This document shows positions 20,231 to 29,268 of a stretch of 64,000 nucleotides of DNA, in pieces; positions within the stretch are counted from its first letter, which is position 1, and each line of letters begins with the position of its first letter. Source of the stretch: a virus; the IMG/VR virus record IMGVR_UViG_3300010373_000004, positions 1 to 64,000 of that record. One strand, given 5' to 3'. The position numbers were made by a program, and so were the translations under genes. A model generated the notes under the pieces. The model did no database searches, had not been told where the DNA came from, and was given only the letters and a program-made list of their open reading frames with translations.

Positions 20231-20471
20231 CTTTTTCCTCGTCCCAAGTAATGTTCAAGCTGCCATCATTACCTACTAAAAGCATTAAACTTGGATTTGA
20301 TTCAATTTTTTCATAGTCCTCTGCCGAAAGAATATCTTTTATGATATTTTCTTTTGTCCAAGCAGCAAGTTTAACTTGCTCCTGTATAATTGTACTTTCG
20401 ATGACTTGATTAGCAGCATCTTTTTTCATATTCCAGGCTAGCGTATGACCTGAATCTACTTTTACTTTCAT
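20211..20471 (-). CDS. Hypothetical protein
   Basis: Coupled ORF in the operon. Confidence 0.5.
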   Translation of the reverse strand: MKVKVDSGHTLAWNMKKDAANQVIESTIIQEQVKLAAWTKENIIKDILSAEDYEKIESNPSLMLLVGNDGSLNITWDEEKDAGNDG

Positions 20472-21031
20472 TATACTGTTCCTTGAATCGTTGCTCTAGA
20501 ACCTGCAACTAGATTTGTACTTAAATTAGTCTGTACCTTTATTGTATTTATGGCTGCCGTGCTTCGCCAGCTTGCACTGGTTAGACTTACAGCCATATTT
20601 GCCTGTGTAGTATCTGCGCAACCACTACTTCCTGTAACACCTTTATTAAGGGTAGTACTGGCATAATCGAGAAACATCGCACGACAAACACCAACAATAC
20701 CGGATGCCGTACTAGTACCACATGAACCCCATTGAAACTGAATTACAGTATCCGATGGAACCACACCCGTGCCAGGTGCGCTACTACTTGTTGTATTGAT
20801 ACTCTGATATCCATAGTGCGAGGCTGTATCAGAGTTTATAATAACTTGTAAATTCTCATTAGTATGCGCTCCATCTCCTCTTAAAGAGGTTAGGAGTTCA
20901 GCATCTTTATAAGAACCACTTAAGGAGCTAAAAGTAATGTTTGCAACGGACGAACCTAACACGCTATCTGCTAAGTTCTGCATACCGACTCCACCACTAA
21001 TCTGTGAAGTTTTTAATAGTGGTTGAGACAT
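20471..21031 (-). CDS. Fibre/receptor-binding-type protein, paralog 2
   Basis: 'MQNLADSVLGSSVANITFSS...WRSTAAINTI...GSR' closely parallels the upstream gene. Confidence 0.6.
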   Translation of the reverse strand: MSQPLLKTSQISGGVGMQNLADSVLGSSVANITFSSLSGSYKDAELLTSLRGDGAHTNENLQVIINSDTASHYGYQSINTTSSSAPGTGVVPSDTVIQFQWGSCGTSTASGIVGVCRAMFLDYASTTLNKGVTGSSGCADTTQANMAVSLTSASWRSTAAINTIKVQTNLSTNLVAGSRATIQGTV

Positions 21032-21585
21032 TAGTTTATTCCTTGAAGTGTGAATCTAGAACCTGTGACGAAATTTCCTCCGGCAATACTTTTGATTGCC
21101 GTGATAGCGGCGGTACTTCGCCAACTTCCAGCCACCGTTCTGGCATACGTATTAGTAGCGGTCGAATCAGCGTAGCCAACAGTTGACACGTAGCACTTCT
21201 CGGCCGTTGTCCCCGTGTAGTTGGGAATAAGAATATGAGCAACCCCGAACGTATTAGCTCTAGGAGCATTAGCGTCCGGGATAGTTGCCCATATGGCGAA
21301 GGACGTTTGCCCAAGGCTGTTTCCACCGACCGCCGATGCGTTGTTTCCCGCTACGTACTGCGTGTCGTAATTGGCGCCCGTATCGCTGTTGAATTGGCCT
21401 GACACATTTTCTGCGGTTGCTGCCTGATCGCCACGAGCATCAAGGATATACACCATATCCTTATACACTTGACTAATAGATGAAAATGTAATAGAAGCTG
21501 CTGACGATCCTAAGGTAGTGTCCGCTAGGTTCTGCATACCGACACCACCGCTCACCTGAGAAACAGGAACTTGATTAACACTCAT
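21031..21585 (-). CDS. Fibre/receptor-binding-type protein, paralog 1
   Basis: 'MQNLADTTLGSSAASITFSSI...WRSTAAITAI...GSRFTLQG'. Confidence 0.6.
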   Translation of the reverse strand: MSVNQVPVSQVSGGVGMQNLADTTLGSSAASITFSSISQVYKDMVYILDARGDQAATAENVSGQFNSDTGANYDTQYVAGNNASAVGGNSLGQTSFAIWATIPDANAPRANTFGVAHILIPNYTGTTAEKCYVSTVGYADSTATNTYARTVAGSWRSTAAITAIKSIAGGNFVTGSRFTLQGIN

Positions 21586-21586
21586 A

Positions 21587-22147
21587 TTAAAGATACCTAT
21601 TCAAACGTGCGGAAGCTAAGACTAAATCACGATCACTGGAATTAGAATCGCGCAAAATAGCCTTATCTCTTTCATCCTGCTCGTCTTGTAATTTCTTAGC
21701 CTCAGCAGCCTTATCCTCTGCCTCTTGTGCTAAACGTTTCTGCTCCATCGCAGCATCATGTTCCTCTTGTGTGTACTCATGCCACACAACAAAAGCACGA
21801 CCACTAGCACGACCACTACCATCACAATCATCACAACCATTATGTTGCACTAATTTACCGAAGATATGAGCACCTAATAGTTTCGTAGTCCCTGGATAAT
21901 CTGGATCAGGAACAATCTGTCCACCACCACAAGTAGGGCAGGGACCAGAAGCATCAATATCGATACCAACTAATCTACCTGATGCAGAAGTATTACCTCC
22001 ACAATCAGGACATGGAACGCCATCAGTAACTTTATCTAGACAATGTTCTAAGTGAGAGCAGTGGGCGGTGCCGTCAGCTTGAACAACACCGTGCCCACCA
22101 CATGTCTGACAAAGATTGTAATGACTTGGATGAGGATTATGATACAT
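21587..22147 (-). CDS. Cys-rich protein with DnaJ-like CxxCxGxG repeats and coiled-coil C-terminus
   Basis: CQTCGGHG, CPDCGGNT, CPTCGGGQ, CDDCDGSG. Confidence 0.6.
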   Translation of the reverse strand: MYHNPHPSHYNLCQTCGGHGVVQADGTAHCSHLEHCLDKVTDGVPCPDCGGNTSASGRLVGIDIDASGPCPTCGGGQIVPDPDYPGTTKLLGAHIFGKLVQHNGCDDCDGSGRASGRAFVVWHEYTQEEHDAAMEQKRLAQEAEDKAAEAKKLQDEQDERDKAILRDSNSSDRDLVLASARLNRYL

Positions 22148-22148
22148 A

Positions 22149-24014
22149 TTAGACCGCCTTACTATATGCGTATATAATTGCTATTCCAGCAGCGCCAGTG
22201 TTACCAACACCGTTACTACTATTAGGGCCTGTTGTGCCACCTTGACCACCACCACCAACACTAGGTAAACCACTTGCTGTTCCACCAGCACCCATTGAAG
22301 ATGTACCGCCAGGACCGCCTCCGTAAATTCCACCGCTAGGCATGATAACTCCCGGTCCTCCAGCTTGGCCTGATATTGTAATATCGCCTGTACTACTACC
22401 ACCACTACCACCAACACCACCTGTAGCACCAAACGCCGGAGTGGAAACAGCAACACCTGAATTCCCTCCAGTGCCGCCTTTAGCTACACACGTTGTAGAA
22501 TTAAATGTTGAATCATTACCATTATTTCCAGCAGCGCCTGCACTACCTGTAGTACCGCCAGCACCTACAACTACTGTATAATTGCCTGTCGGATTAGCAA
22601 ACCACTTCTGCGCAAACGCACCGCCACCGCCACCACCGCCTGCTGCTCCTTGATTAGTGCTTGTAGCAGCAAATCCTCCACCAGCACCACCGCCGCCAAT
22701 AAGTTGAATTAATAAAGCGTCCGCGCCTGCTGGAGTAGTATAAGTATTAGAACCTGATGTATATACTGTTGGAGCACCAATTAACTTATAGTTTGATCCT
22801 AACTTACCACTAGCATCAGTAACAGGAATAGTATTAGCTGTAATAGACGGAGATAATGCTGTATTATACCCATTTAGAGAGGACGCATTGCCTGCGCCTG
22901 TGCCTTGCGAACCATAGCCAATAATTACATTTGTCACACCATCAAATGCCGACGTAAATGTAAGGACACTACCAGCAATCGTGTAATCTGTGCCTGCACG
23001 CTGAATCCCCGAACCTCTGGCAACAAATAAGACTGTGCCAGGAGTCTGTGATAACGTGACAGTTGTTGCAGTATTTGCTGGTGTATATTCCTCATGCTGG
23101 AACGTTACTGCACCGCTGAATGTACTAGAAGTAGTGTAGACGATAAAGATAGTATCGGTAGATAACGCCGTAGTAAATGTGACTGTACTACCTACAACAG
23201 TTACATCTGTTCCAATCGCTAAACCAGAACCATTCTTTCCAACGTATAGTAACGTTACACCAGAATCATTTAATGTAACAGTAGTTCCTGTAACACTTGC
23301 ATTATAGAAAGTTTTAAATACAGATACCCCACCCTGGCTACCCGCATTCGCTTGAAATGTTGGTAAACTACCTGGACCATTATCAGTTAACACGTAACCT
23401 GCTGAAACAGGTTTAGCTATTGCTACTTGCGTAGCATTTGGACCTTGACCTAACAAAACACCAATAGGTATGTTGTAGTAACCTGTTCCACCGTATAAGG
23501 CAGACAGCGGTGTAGACAACAACAGTGTGTTAATGTTTGCTGTATTAAGAACAGAAAAAGTACGTGTTGCTACGTTTCCGTTAACAAATAATGAATTACC
23601 AATAGTAGCGGCTTCACTTATTGCAATAGTAGAAACATTAAGATTTGTAACACTTTCTGCATATGTAGAAATATTTTGTCCTACACTTACAGAAGATGAA
23701 ACATTTAATGAAGAAGTAAAACTACCAGCAACACCAGAAAATGTATCTGTGCCGACTGAATAGGTAGATATTGAATTTGCTGTTACAGTACCTAAATTAG
23801 ATGTACCATAAGCAGAAATATTATCAAATGATCCATTTGTTGCATTTATAGTAGCAGCAACTAACGGTCCACCTAGCTGGAGAGATTGACCAATAAACTC
23901 AGTAGCAGATACTTCATATGAAGAAATGTTACCTGATATATTAACATTTCCTGTTTGTGTACCAGAAGGGTTTAATAAAACCGCATTGGCAAAGAAAACA
24001 CCACCGTGTCTCAT
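22149..24014 (-). CDS. Fibre protein with Gly-rich C-terminal domain
   Basis: Ser/Thr/Asn-rich N-terminus, two internal 'GTD(V/Y)T..GS..TFT.A' repeats, 'YTTPAGA...IGGGGAGG' Gly-rich domain. Confidence 0.75.
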   Translation of the reverse strand: MRHGGVFFANAVLLNPSGTQTGNVNISGNISSYEVSATEFIGQSLQLGGPLVAATINATNGSFDNISAYGTSNLGTVTANSISTYSVGTDTFSGVAGSFTSSLNVSSSVSVGQNISTYAESVTNLNVSTIAISEAATIGNSLFVNGNVATRTFSVLNTANINTLLLSTPLSALYGGTGYYNIPIGVLLGQGPNATQVAIAKPVSAGYVLTDNGPGSLPTFQANAGSQGGVSVFKTFYNASVTGTTVTLNDSGVTLLYVGKNGSGLAIGTDVTVVGSTVTFTTALSTDTIFIVYTTSSTFSGAVTFQHEEYTPANTATTVTLSQTPGTVLFVARGSGIQRAGTDYTIAGSVLTFTSAFDGVTNVIIGYGSQGTGAGNASSLNGYNTALSPSITANTIPVTDASGKLGSNYKLIGAPTVYTSGSNTYTTPAGADALLIQLIGGGGAGGGFAATSTNQGAAGGGGGGGAFAQKWFANPTGNYTVVVGAGGTTGSAGAAGNNGNDSTFNSTTCVAKGGTGGNSGVAVSTPAFGATGGVGGSGGSSTGDITISGQAGGPGVIMPSGGIYGGGPGGTSSMGAGGTASGLPSVGGGGQGGTTGPNSSNGVGNTGAAGIAIIYAYSKAV

Positions 24015-24473
24015 TTAAGACCACGCACGTACTACAACACTTGTTGGAGTAACACACCACAAATGTATCTTAGTTGTATTAACAGAAGTTATAATTTGAG
24101 CGCCAGCAGGTATCTGCGGAGAAGCAGAATTGCTGGAAGGAGTATCAGCAAATTCTACATATACAGGATTTGAATTTCTAGTATTGTCAATCAATACCTG
24201 ATGTACTGTTGCACTAAATGTAATAGTCTGATCTGTAGATGGAGAATTTGTTGGAGAAGGTGTCTGATAACTATTTGCCAATGAAAACAAATTATAAAGA
24301 TCGTTATCTTTTACACCTAATTCAGCAAAATATCCTGTACCATCATCAGAATCAACATTAGATACTGTATAGGTATTATAAGGTCTTATTCCGTAGAATC
24401 TGGTGCCATCCTCGGCGCCAAATACTGGTAAGTTTGAAGCGTCCTTAATAAGGACGTATTTTCGTACTGGCAT
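24015..24473 (-). CDS. Hypothetical virion protein
   Basis: Beta-rich ORF next to the fibre gene. Confidence 0.45.
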   Translation of the reverse strand: MPVRKYVLIKDASNLPVFGAEDGTRFYGIRPYNTYTVSNVDSDDGTGYFAELGVKDNDLYNLFSLANSYQTPSPTNSPSTDQTITFSATVHQVLIDNTRNSNPVYVEFADTPSSNSASPQIPAGAQIITSVNTTKIHLWCVTPTSVVVRAWS

Positions 24474-24474
24474 G

Positions 24475-24810
24475 TTATAAGTCCCTCACTAGGGTTGCAC
24501 CAGGAAAATTTATCTGAGAAATTGCTGTAACTAAATTACTAATAGTATTTACATTATTACCTTCAACAGAAATACGACCAGTATCATTAGTTGTTATCGT
24601 ATTTGACGGTAGCAATGCAGAAAGGGCGTTGGCTGCCTGCATATTTGACGCATTTATAGTCAACGCCCCAAAGGGATCAAGAGACACCTGAGCTAAGGAA
24701 CCACTACCTGCTGGTATATTCCATGCTAGCTCAGATGCCAATGAAGAAGCCTGAAAGCCTGCTATGTAACCATTATCTTCTAAATGATATCGTAAAGTTA
24801 CAACACTCAT
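24475..24810 (-). CDS. Hypothetical protein
   Basis: ORF in the operon. Confidence 0.45.
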   Translation of the reverse strand: MSVVTLRYHLEDNGYIAGFQASSLASELAWNIPAGSGSLAQVSLDPFGALTINASNMQAANALSALLPSNTITTNDTGRISVEGNNVNTISNLVTAISQINFPGATLVRDL

Positions 24811-24817
24811 GCTTCAA

Positions 24818-25870
24818 TTATATCAATGTTTCAAAGAAATGTCGAATTTGTTTCGCTTCCCTTTCAAAATCAACATACATCTTATACCGTAGTTGTGTTT
24901 GCTTACAAAGATATTGATAGAACTCTGGATTTTCGGCACGTCGTATAAAGTCTACAATCCACTCAATATTGCGTCCATCAAGATTACAGCCAGTTTCTTC
25001 ATCTACTAATAAGTCTCTAGCCTGTCTATCTCTATAAGCTTCGTAACTTGCTATTACAGGACGACCACAAGCAAACCAATTATGAATTATATGACCGTAA
25101 CCATCTACTGTCTTATAATGCCATCCAAACCTAGAGTCGTGCATTATCTTAGCAATATTACTAATTCCCGTTATTTGAGGGTGGTCACAAGGCGGAGAGT
25201 ACCCATAAGATACGAAATTATAGTCTGGAAGAAGTTGCTTAGCTGCTTCAAACAGATGATGCTGTTCTGGAAACAAAATCATAGAAGTTACATTCTTTGA
25301 ATCTGTTGGTTCTCCAGGATAAAACACTTCTTCTTCGAATTTCTGGTGATATCTTAGATAGTTATACGCTCTACGTTGTTCATCCCTAATCATCCCAACC
25401 GAGTCAAGAATATTAGGATACTTCCCAATTTCAGGTAAAGACCATCCAGGATTGCCAATCTGATATATAAGTTTGGCTCTCGGCTGAAACGTATTGCGTA
25501 ATCCATAGAATTTCTCTAAATCATAGGGTATTGTACAAATAATAACATCAAAGTCTGTATTGGCGAAAGTTTCGAAACTAATAGCATATGTCCGACTTTC
25601 ATGAGCAATATCGTTAGCAACAAACACAGAATCGGTACGTAGGCTTCCGTAATTAATAGAAGGAACAAGATCATGCATTGGAACAGAATCGAATTCGAGA
25701 AACTGTCTAACAGTCTCAATAGCATTACCATACGGCTCTGCAATACCAAAATATCCATTATTAAACCAATCCATACCTACAGGTCTGTATATTTCTGCTC
25801 CTAAATCATCCGCCATCAACTGGAGAGAATGATACAGACCGCCATGATGATAATCAGCAAATATCTTCAT
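24818..25870 (-). CDS. Glycosyltransferase (GT-B)
   Basis: Likely start MKIFADYHH; 'DGYGHIIHNWFACGRPVI' GT-B C-terminal motif. Confidence 0.75.
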   Translation of the reverse strand: MKIFADYHHGGLYHSLQLMADDLGAEIYRPVGMDWFNNGYFGIAEPYGNAIETVRQFLEFDSVPMHDLVPSINYGSLRTDSVFVANDIAHESRTYAISFETFANTDFDVIICTIPYDLEKFYGLRNTFQPRAKLIYQIGNPGWSLPEIGKYPNILDSVGMIRDEQRRAYNYLRYHQKFEEEVFYPGEPTDSKNVTSMILFPEQHHLFEAAKQLLPDYNFVSYGYSPPCDHPQITGISNIAKIMHDSRFGWHYKTVDGYGHIIHNWFACGRPVIASYEAYRDRQARDLLVDEETGCNLDGRNIEWIVDFIRRAENPEFYQYLCKQTQLRYKMYVDFEREAKQIRHFFETLI

Positions 25871-25892
25871 TCCGCCAGACTCGCCCAATAAT

Positions 25893-26918
25893 TTAACCAA
25901 GAAGTTCTTTCCACAAAGGTTCAACTGCCTTTGGGCTAAAATGCTTCATTGCGAACTTTCTGTTGTCCTCTGAGATAGTCTGCAACCAATCTGGATGCTC
26001 CAGAAGTCTCTTTAACATTTCAGCACCTTCTAAGTTATTGACCATAACTTCATCAGGTATCCAGTTACAAACATCGAACATTCCTTTAGGAACCCAATGT
26101 TCATGTCCCTTGCGCCACCAATCATCTGTAAAAGTAAGAATCGGTGTTCCTACCATCATAGCTTCAATTGGTACTAATGTGTATGCAGCAGGGATAGTGC
26201 CAGAGTAAAGAAGAATCTCCGAATGAGCGAATCCCCACAGTAAACCACTGTATTCTGGACATTGAACCGCAATTCTATCGGCCAATCCTTCATTTGAGGG
26301 ACCAAATAGAACCCTATTCGGTATGTTAGCTTCTTCTGTAACAGCAAATAAATCATTGAATTTAAGCCAACTTCCTCTCTGCTCAGCACTTTGAGCGCAA
26401 AATGCTACGTCAAACATACAATCATCAGAATTCCATGTATAAGGAATGTCCTTATAGAACGGAATTATGCAGTCTGCACCAGCATTATTAGGCCATAGAA
26501 GTTCATTCTTAGAATACTTAACTATCTTCAATTGATCTCCGAGGACCAATTTCATATTGTTAAGTTGCTGTTCAACTAGTTCAGAGCTTTGTCCAATGCT
26601 TCTAAAGACGACAGTACCGCCCCACTGCTTTAATTTCGCTAGTTGACCTTGAATCCAATCGGGCATATGCATAAATACAACTACGTCTGCCCAATCTAGG
26701 TGTTCTTGATGCAAATTATCTTGGTGGAATCTATTTGAAATGTCAATATGCTGTAGATTTTGCTCCATCGACATAATAGGTGGTCTTTTAGGGTCTCCAG
26801 GACTGTGGGGATTCGTATACGACCCAATAGCTCGAACATTATACCCAGCTTCTGAAAGTAACTTACATTCATCATATTCTAATATCGCATGACAACTTAA
26901 ATATAAAACATTTTTCAT
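25893..26918 (-). CDS. Glycosyltransferase (GT-B)
   Basis: 'YTLVPIEAMMVGTPIL' motif. Confidence 0.75.
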   Translation of the reverse strand: MKNVLYLSCHAILEYDECKLLSEAGYNVRAIGSYTNPHSPGDPKRPPIMSMEQNLQHIDISNRFHQDNLHQEHLDWADVVVFMHMPDWIQGQLAKLKQWGGTVVFRSIGQSSELVEQQLNNMKLVLGDQLKIVKYSKNELLWPNNAGADCIIPFYKDIPYTWNSDDCMFDVAFCAQSAEQRGSWLKFNDLFAVTEEANIPNRVLFGPSNEGLADRIAVQCPEYSGLLWGFAHSEILLYSGTIPAAYTLVPIEAMMVGTPILTFTDDWWRKGHEHWVPKGMFDVCNWIPDEVMVNNLEGAEMLKRLLEHPDWLQTISEDNRKFAMKHFSPKAVEPLWKELLG

Positions 26919-27481
26919 CTAACTATACCTTTGAATATACCAACACACTGAACACCAATTTCTTCATTATAGACAACAGAAACAGCTTTCGATTCTGTTA
27001 CCTCTAACCAAGGCTGATGTACTCCATTTGGTGTTTCACAATAAAAATACTGTGTGCTGAAACTAAACTTATCTAATAAAACACCATAAAAATCTATAAG
27101 ATTTTCTAGCGTTATACATTTAAATCCAGTTCCTTCTCCTTTTCCTACAGGAAACGACACGTAAATAGCCTTATCAGAAAGGTCTATTGCAGCTTTAAGA
27201 ATTTCTAACGGCTTGTCTACATGTTCAATAACAGATACGCATGTAACTAGATTATATTTACTGTAGAATTCATGCGCACAAACATCATCTTGAATAAACT
27301 TATCTATATAGACTACTTCATCACCAATAGGAAGTAAGTCTATACCTGTGTAAACACCATATTTTATCAGATGTTTAGCATAGAAAGCTGAATCATGACA
27401 ACCTATGTCTAAAATATTGAACGGCAGCACCCTATGAACAAATTTAACTAATTCTGGTATTTCTATTGTTCTTTCAGACAT
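26915..27481 (-). CDS. Class I SAM-dependent methyltransferase
   Basis: 'ILDIGC', 'YTGIDL', 'LVTCVSVIEHV'. Confidence 0.8.
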   Translation of the reverse strand: MSERTIEIPELVKFVHRVLPFNILDIGCHDSAFYAKHLIKYGVYTGIDLLPIGDEVVYIDKFIQDDVCAHEFYSKYNLVTCVSVIEHVDKPLEILKAAIDLSDKAIYVSFPVGKGEGTGFKCITLENLIDFYGVLLDKFSFSTQYFYCETPNGVHQPWLEVTESKAVSVVYNEEIGVQCVGIFKGIVR

Positions 27482-27980
27482 GAATATTAGCTGCAAAACT
27501 TTCTAGTTTCTTTATATCTTTGAGTTTTAAGCCTCTATGAGGGTTAGGTTGGATAAAAATCGTATTTAAACGGTCTGCAACCCAATCCTCAATATGCTGT
27601 CCACCCTTGTCATCCACTACAGCACAAGGTCTGTCACCAGCAAATCGCCTTATTTCGTCCAATTTCTCTGGTAACATTTCATCATTCTTATAATCTTCGG
27701 GATTTCCGGGCAACGGAAGCTGTTTTAGTGCAGTCGGTAGACTAAATATGGGCGATAAATAGGTATCTTCTCGTCCGCGCCAGCCTTTAGAAGCCCATAC
27801 AATCTCAAATATTTCCGATAATTCAGGTAATTTGTCAACAACTGACAAGTCATAGACGAACTTATGTCCATCAACCTTAGTTTTAACTCTAGATTTAAAG
27901 TGTTCACGCGGTTTTTGAAGGTTTAAAACACCATCTACGTCTAAAAACAGGAATGGTTTACCAGATTTTGAATCTGTCAT
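27474..27980 (-). CDS. HAD-superfamily phosphatase-like protein
   Basis: 'FLDVDGVLN' motif I, 'VVDD' motif IV. Confidence 0.8.
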   Translation of the reverse strand: MTDSKSGKPFLFLDVDGVLNLQKPREHFKSRVKTKVDGHKFVYDLSVVDKLPELSEIFEIVWASKGWRGREDTYLSPIFSLPTALKQLPLPGNPEDYKNDEMLPEKLDEIRRFAGDRPCAVVDDKGGQHIEDWVADRLNTIFIQPNPHRGLKLKDIKKLESFAANIHV

Positions 27981-28692
27981 TACGCTTTATCCACAAACTC
28001 TGCTGTCCATCCATTACGCAAGCCCAAAACTCTGATAAAAGATACTCTTTTGTAAGCTTACACTTGCCACCATAAGGTAAATCATTGTCATCTAACAATA
28101 AAACCTTAAACGGAGCCTTGTCATCGAATAACTGGAGAGCAATCTTGGCTTCACAAAGCTGATGTTTCTGCGATTCTTCTGTAGTTTCCTTGCCTTCGGG
28201 TACTCTTGGGTCACAATCCATAGAATCTAGATATATTCCAGTAAATCTAGTGTCATTTCCAGAAGGCAATGTCAGCATATTTCCCAAAATAGCTAACGAA
28301 TCACCGCAAATAGGCTTCCAATCAAAGTTTTCAGACCCATTTCTAAACACTAAATTCTTAACTGCATAATCCGCACAAGCTAAATTCTGTGCAACTATGT
28401 CTACAGAAACTAAAGTACCGCCTGGTACATAGTTTTGCATGAAATCTGATATTACCCATGAAGAACAGCCGCCACCCCAATCATCAAAAAGACGCATGCA
28501 CCCTGTTTCTAAGATTGAAACTGGAACACCAGGTAAACCTGCTGATACTAAGTTAAGAAAAGCCTTCATAGAAGCAGAGCGGCCGCTTAAATTAGCACCG
28601 AATTTCTGCTCCCAATCACTATGTACGTTTACAAAATCTGTTTTTATATTCATTTCTTTATCTCTTTGCTTAATTATTGGGCGTAATAACAC
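27958..28692 (-). CDS. Class I SAM-dependent methyltransferase
   Basis: 'ILETGC', 'VSVDI', 'GDSL', 'IYLDS', 'LLDD'. Confidence 0.75.
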   Translation of the reverse strand: MLLRPIIKQRDKEMNIKTDFVNVHSDWEQKFGANLSGRSASMKAFLNLVSAGLPGVPVSILETGCMRLFDDWGGGCSSWVISDFMQNYVPGGTLVSVDIVAQNLACADYAVKNLVFRNGSENFDWKPICGDSLAILGNMLTLPSGNDTRFTGIYLDSMDCDPRVPEGKETTEESQKHQLCEAKIALQLFDDKAPFKVLLLDDNDLPYGGKCKLTKEYLLSEFWACVMDGQQSLWIKRNDRFKIW

Positions 28693-29033
28693 CCAGCGAC
28701 TTCTTTTGGTTGATTATCCATGGACCTTACAGTACAGACATAGACAATTGGACCGTCTTGGTCTGAGCCTGTAAGCTTAAAAGTTACGATTTCACTAGCG
28801 CCGACTTTAGTATCATCTAGTAATTCTGGATTTCCTAATGATAGATGGTACTGCTGAACCAATGCTTTAAATTGAGGATCAGCAACAACTAGATTTAGAT
28901 CATCTTGGCTTGGTTGTAGGTTATGTGGAGAGGACGCAGTTCCATGTACTGTGTATCCTTCGTAAAAACCAAAACCTAAAGCACAACATGTGATGATAAG
29001 AAATCCAATTAGTAATTTAGTAAGACTTCGCAT
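28674..29033 (-). CDS. Membrane-anchored protein
   Basis: N-terminal hydrophobic helix. Confidence 0.5.
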   Translation of the reverse strand: MRSLTKLLIGFLIITCCALGFGFYEGYTVHGTASSPHNLQPSQDDLNLVVADPQFKALVQQYHLSLGNPELLDDTKVGASEIVTFKLTGSDQDGPIVYVCTVRSMDNQPKEVAGCYYAQ

Positions 29034-29268
29034 TGTTCAAATCCACGGTGTAATTCGTTGGTGTGACTGCTGTACTGTCTCCACCTTTGGCTACGAAGAT
29101 CACGCCAGCCGTAGTCAGCATGGCCATCACAGCCCCTTGAAGTGCCCCAGCCCACACAGGAGCCCCTAGAGCAGCTACAGGGCCAAGAGCCGTCAATCCT
29201 ACGAAGGTTAGTAAGATAACTAACAAAACCCAAGGTGAAACAGGTATATGAAAATTAGCTACTTTCAT
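29017..29268 (-). CDS. Putative holin
   Basis: 83 aa with two TM helices. Confidence 0.45.
   Translation of the reverse strand: MKVANFHIPVSPWVLLVILLTFVGLTALGPVAALGAPVWAGALQGAVMAMLTTAGVIFVAKGGDSTAVTPTNYTVDLNNAKSY

Noticed and set aside
20471-24014. Diversity-generating retroelement acting on fibre genes
   Set aside because: No reverse transcriptase in the window and no near-identical repeat pair differing only at adenines
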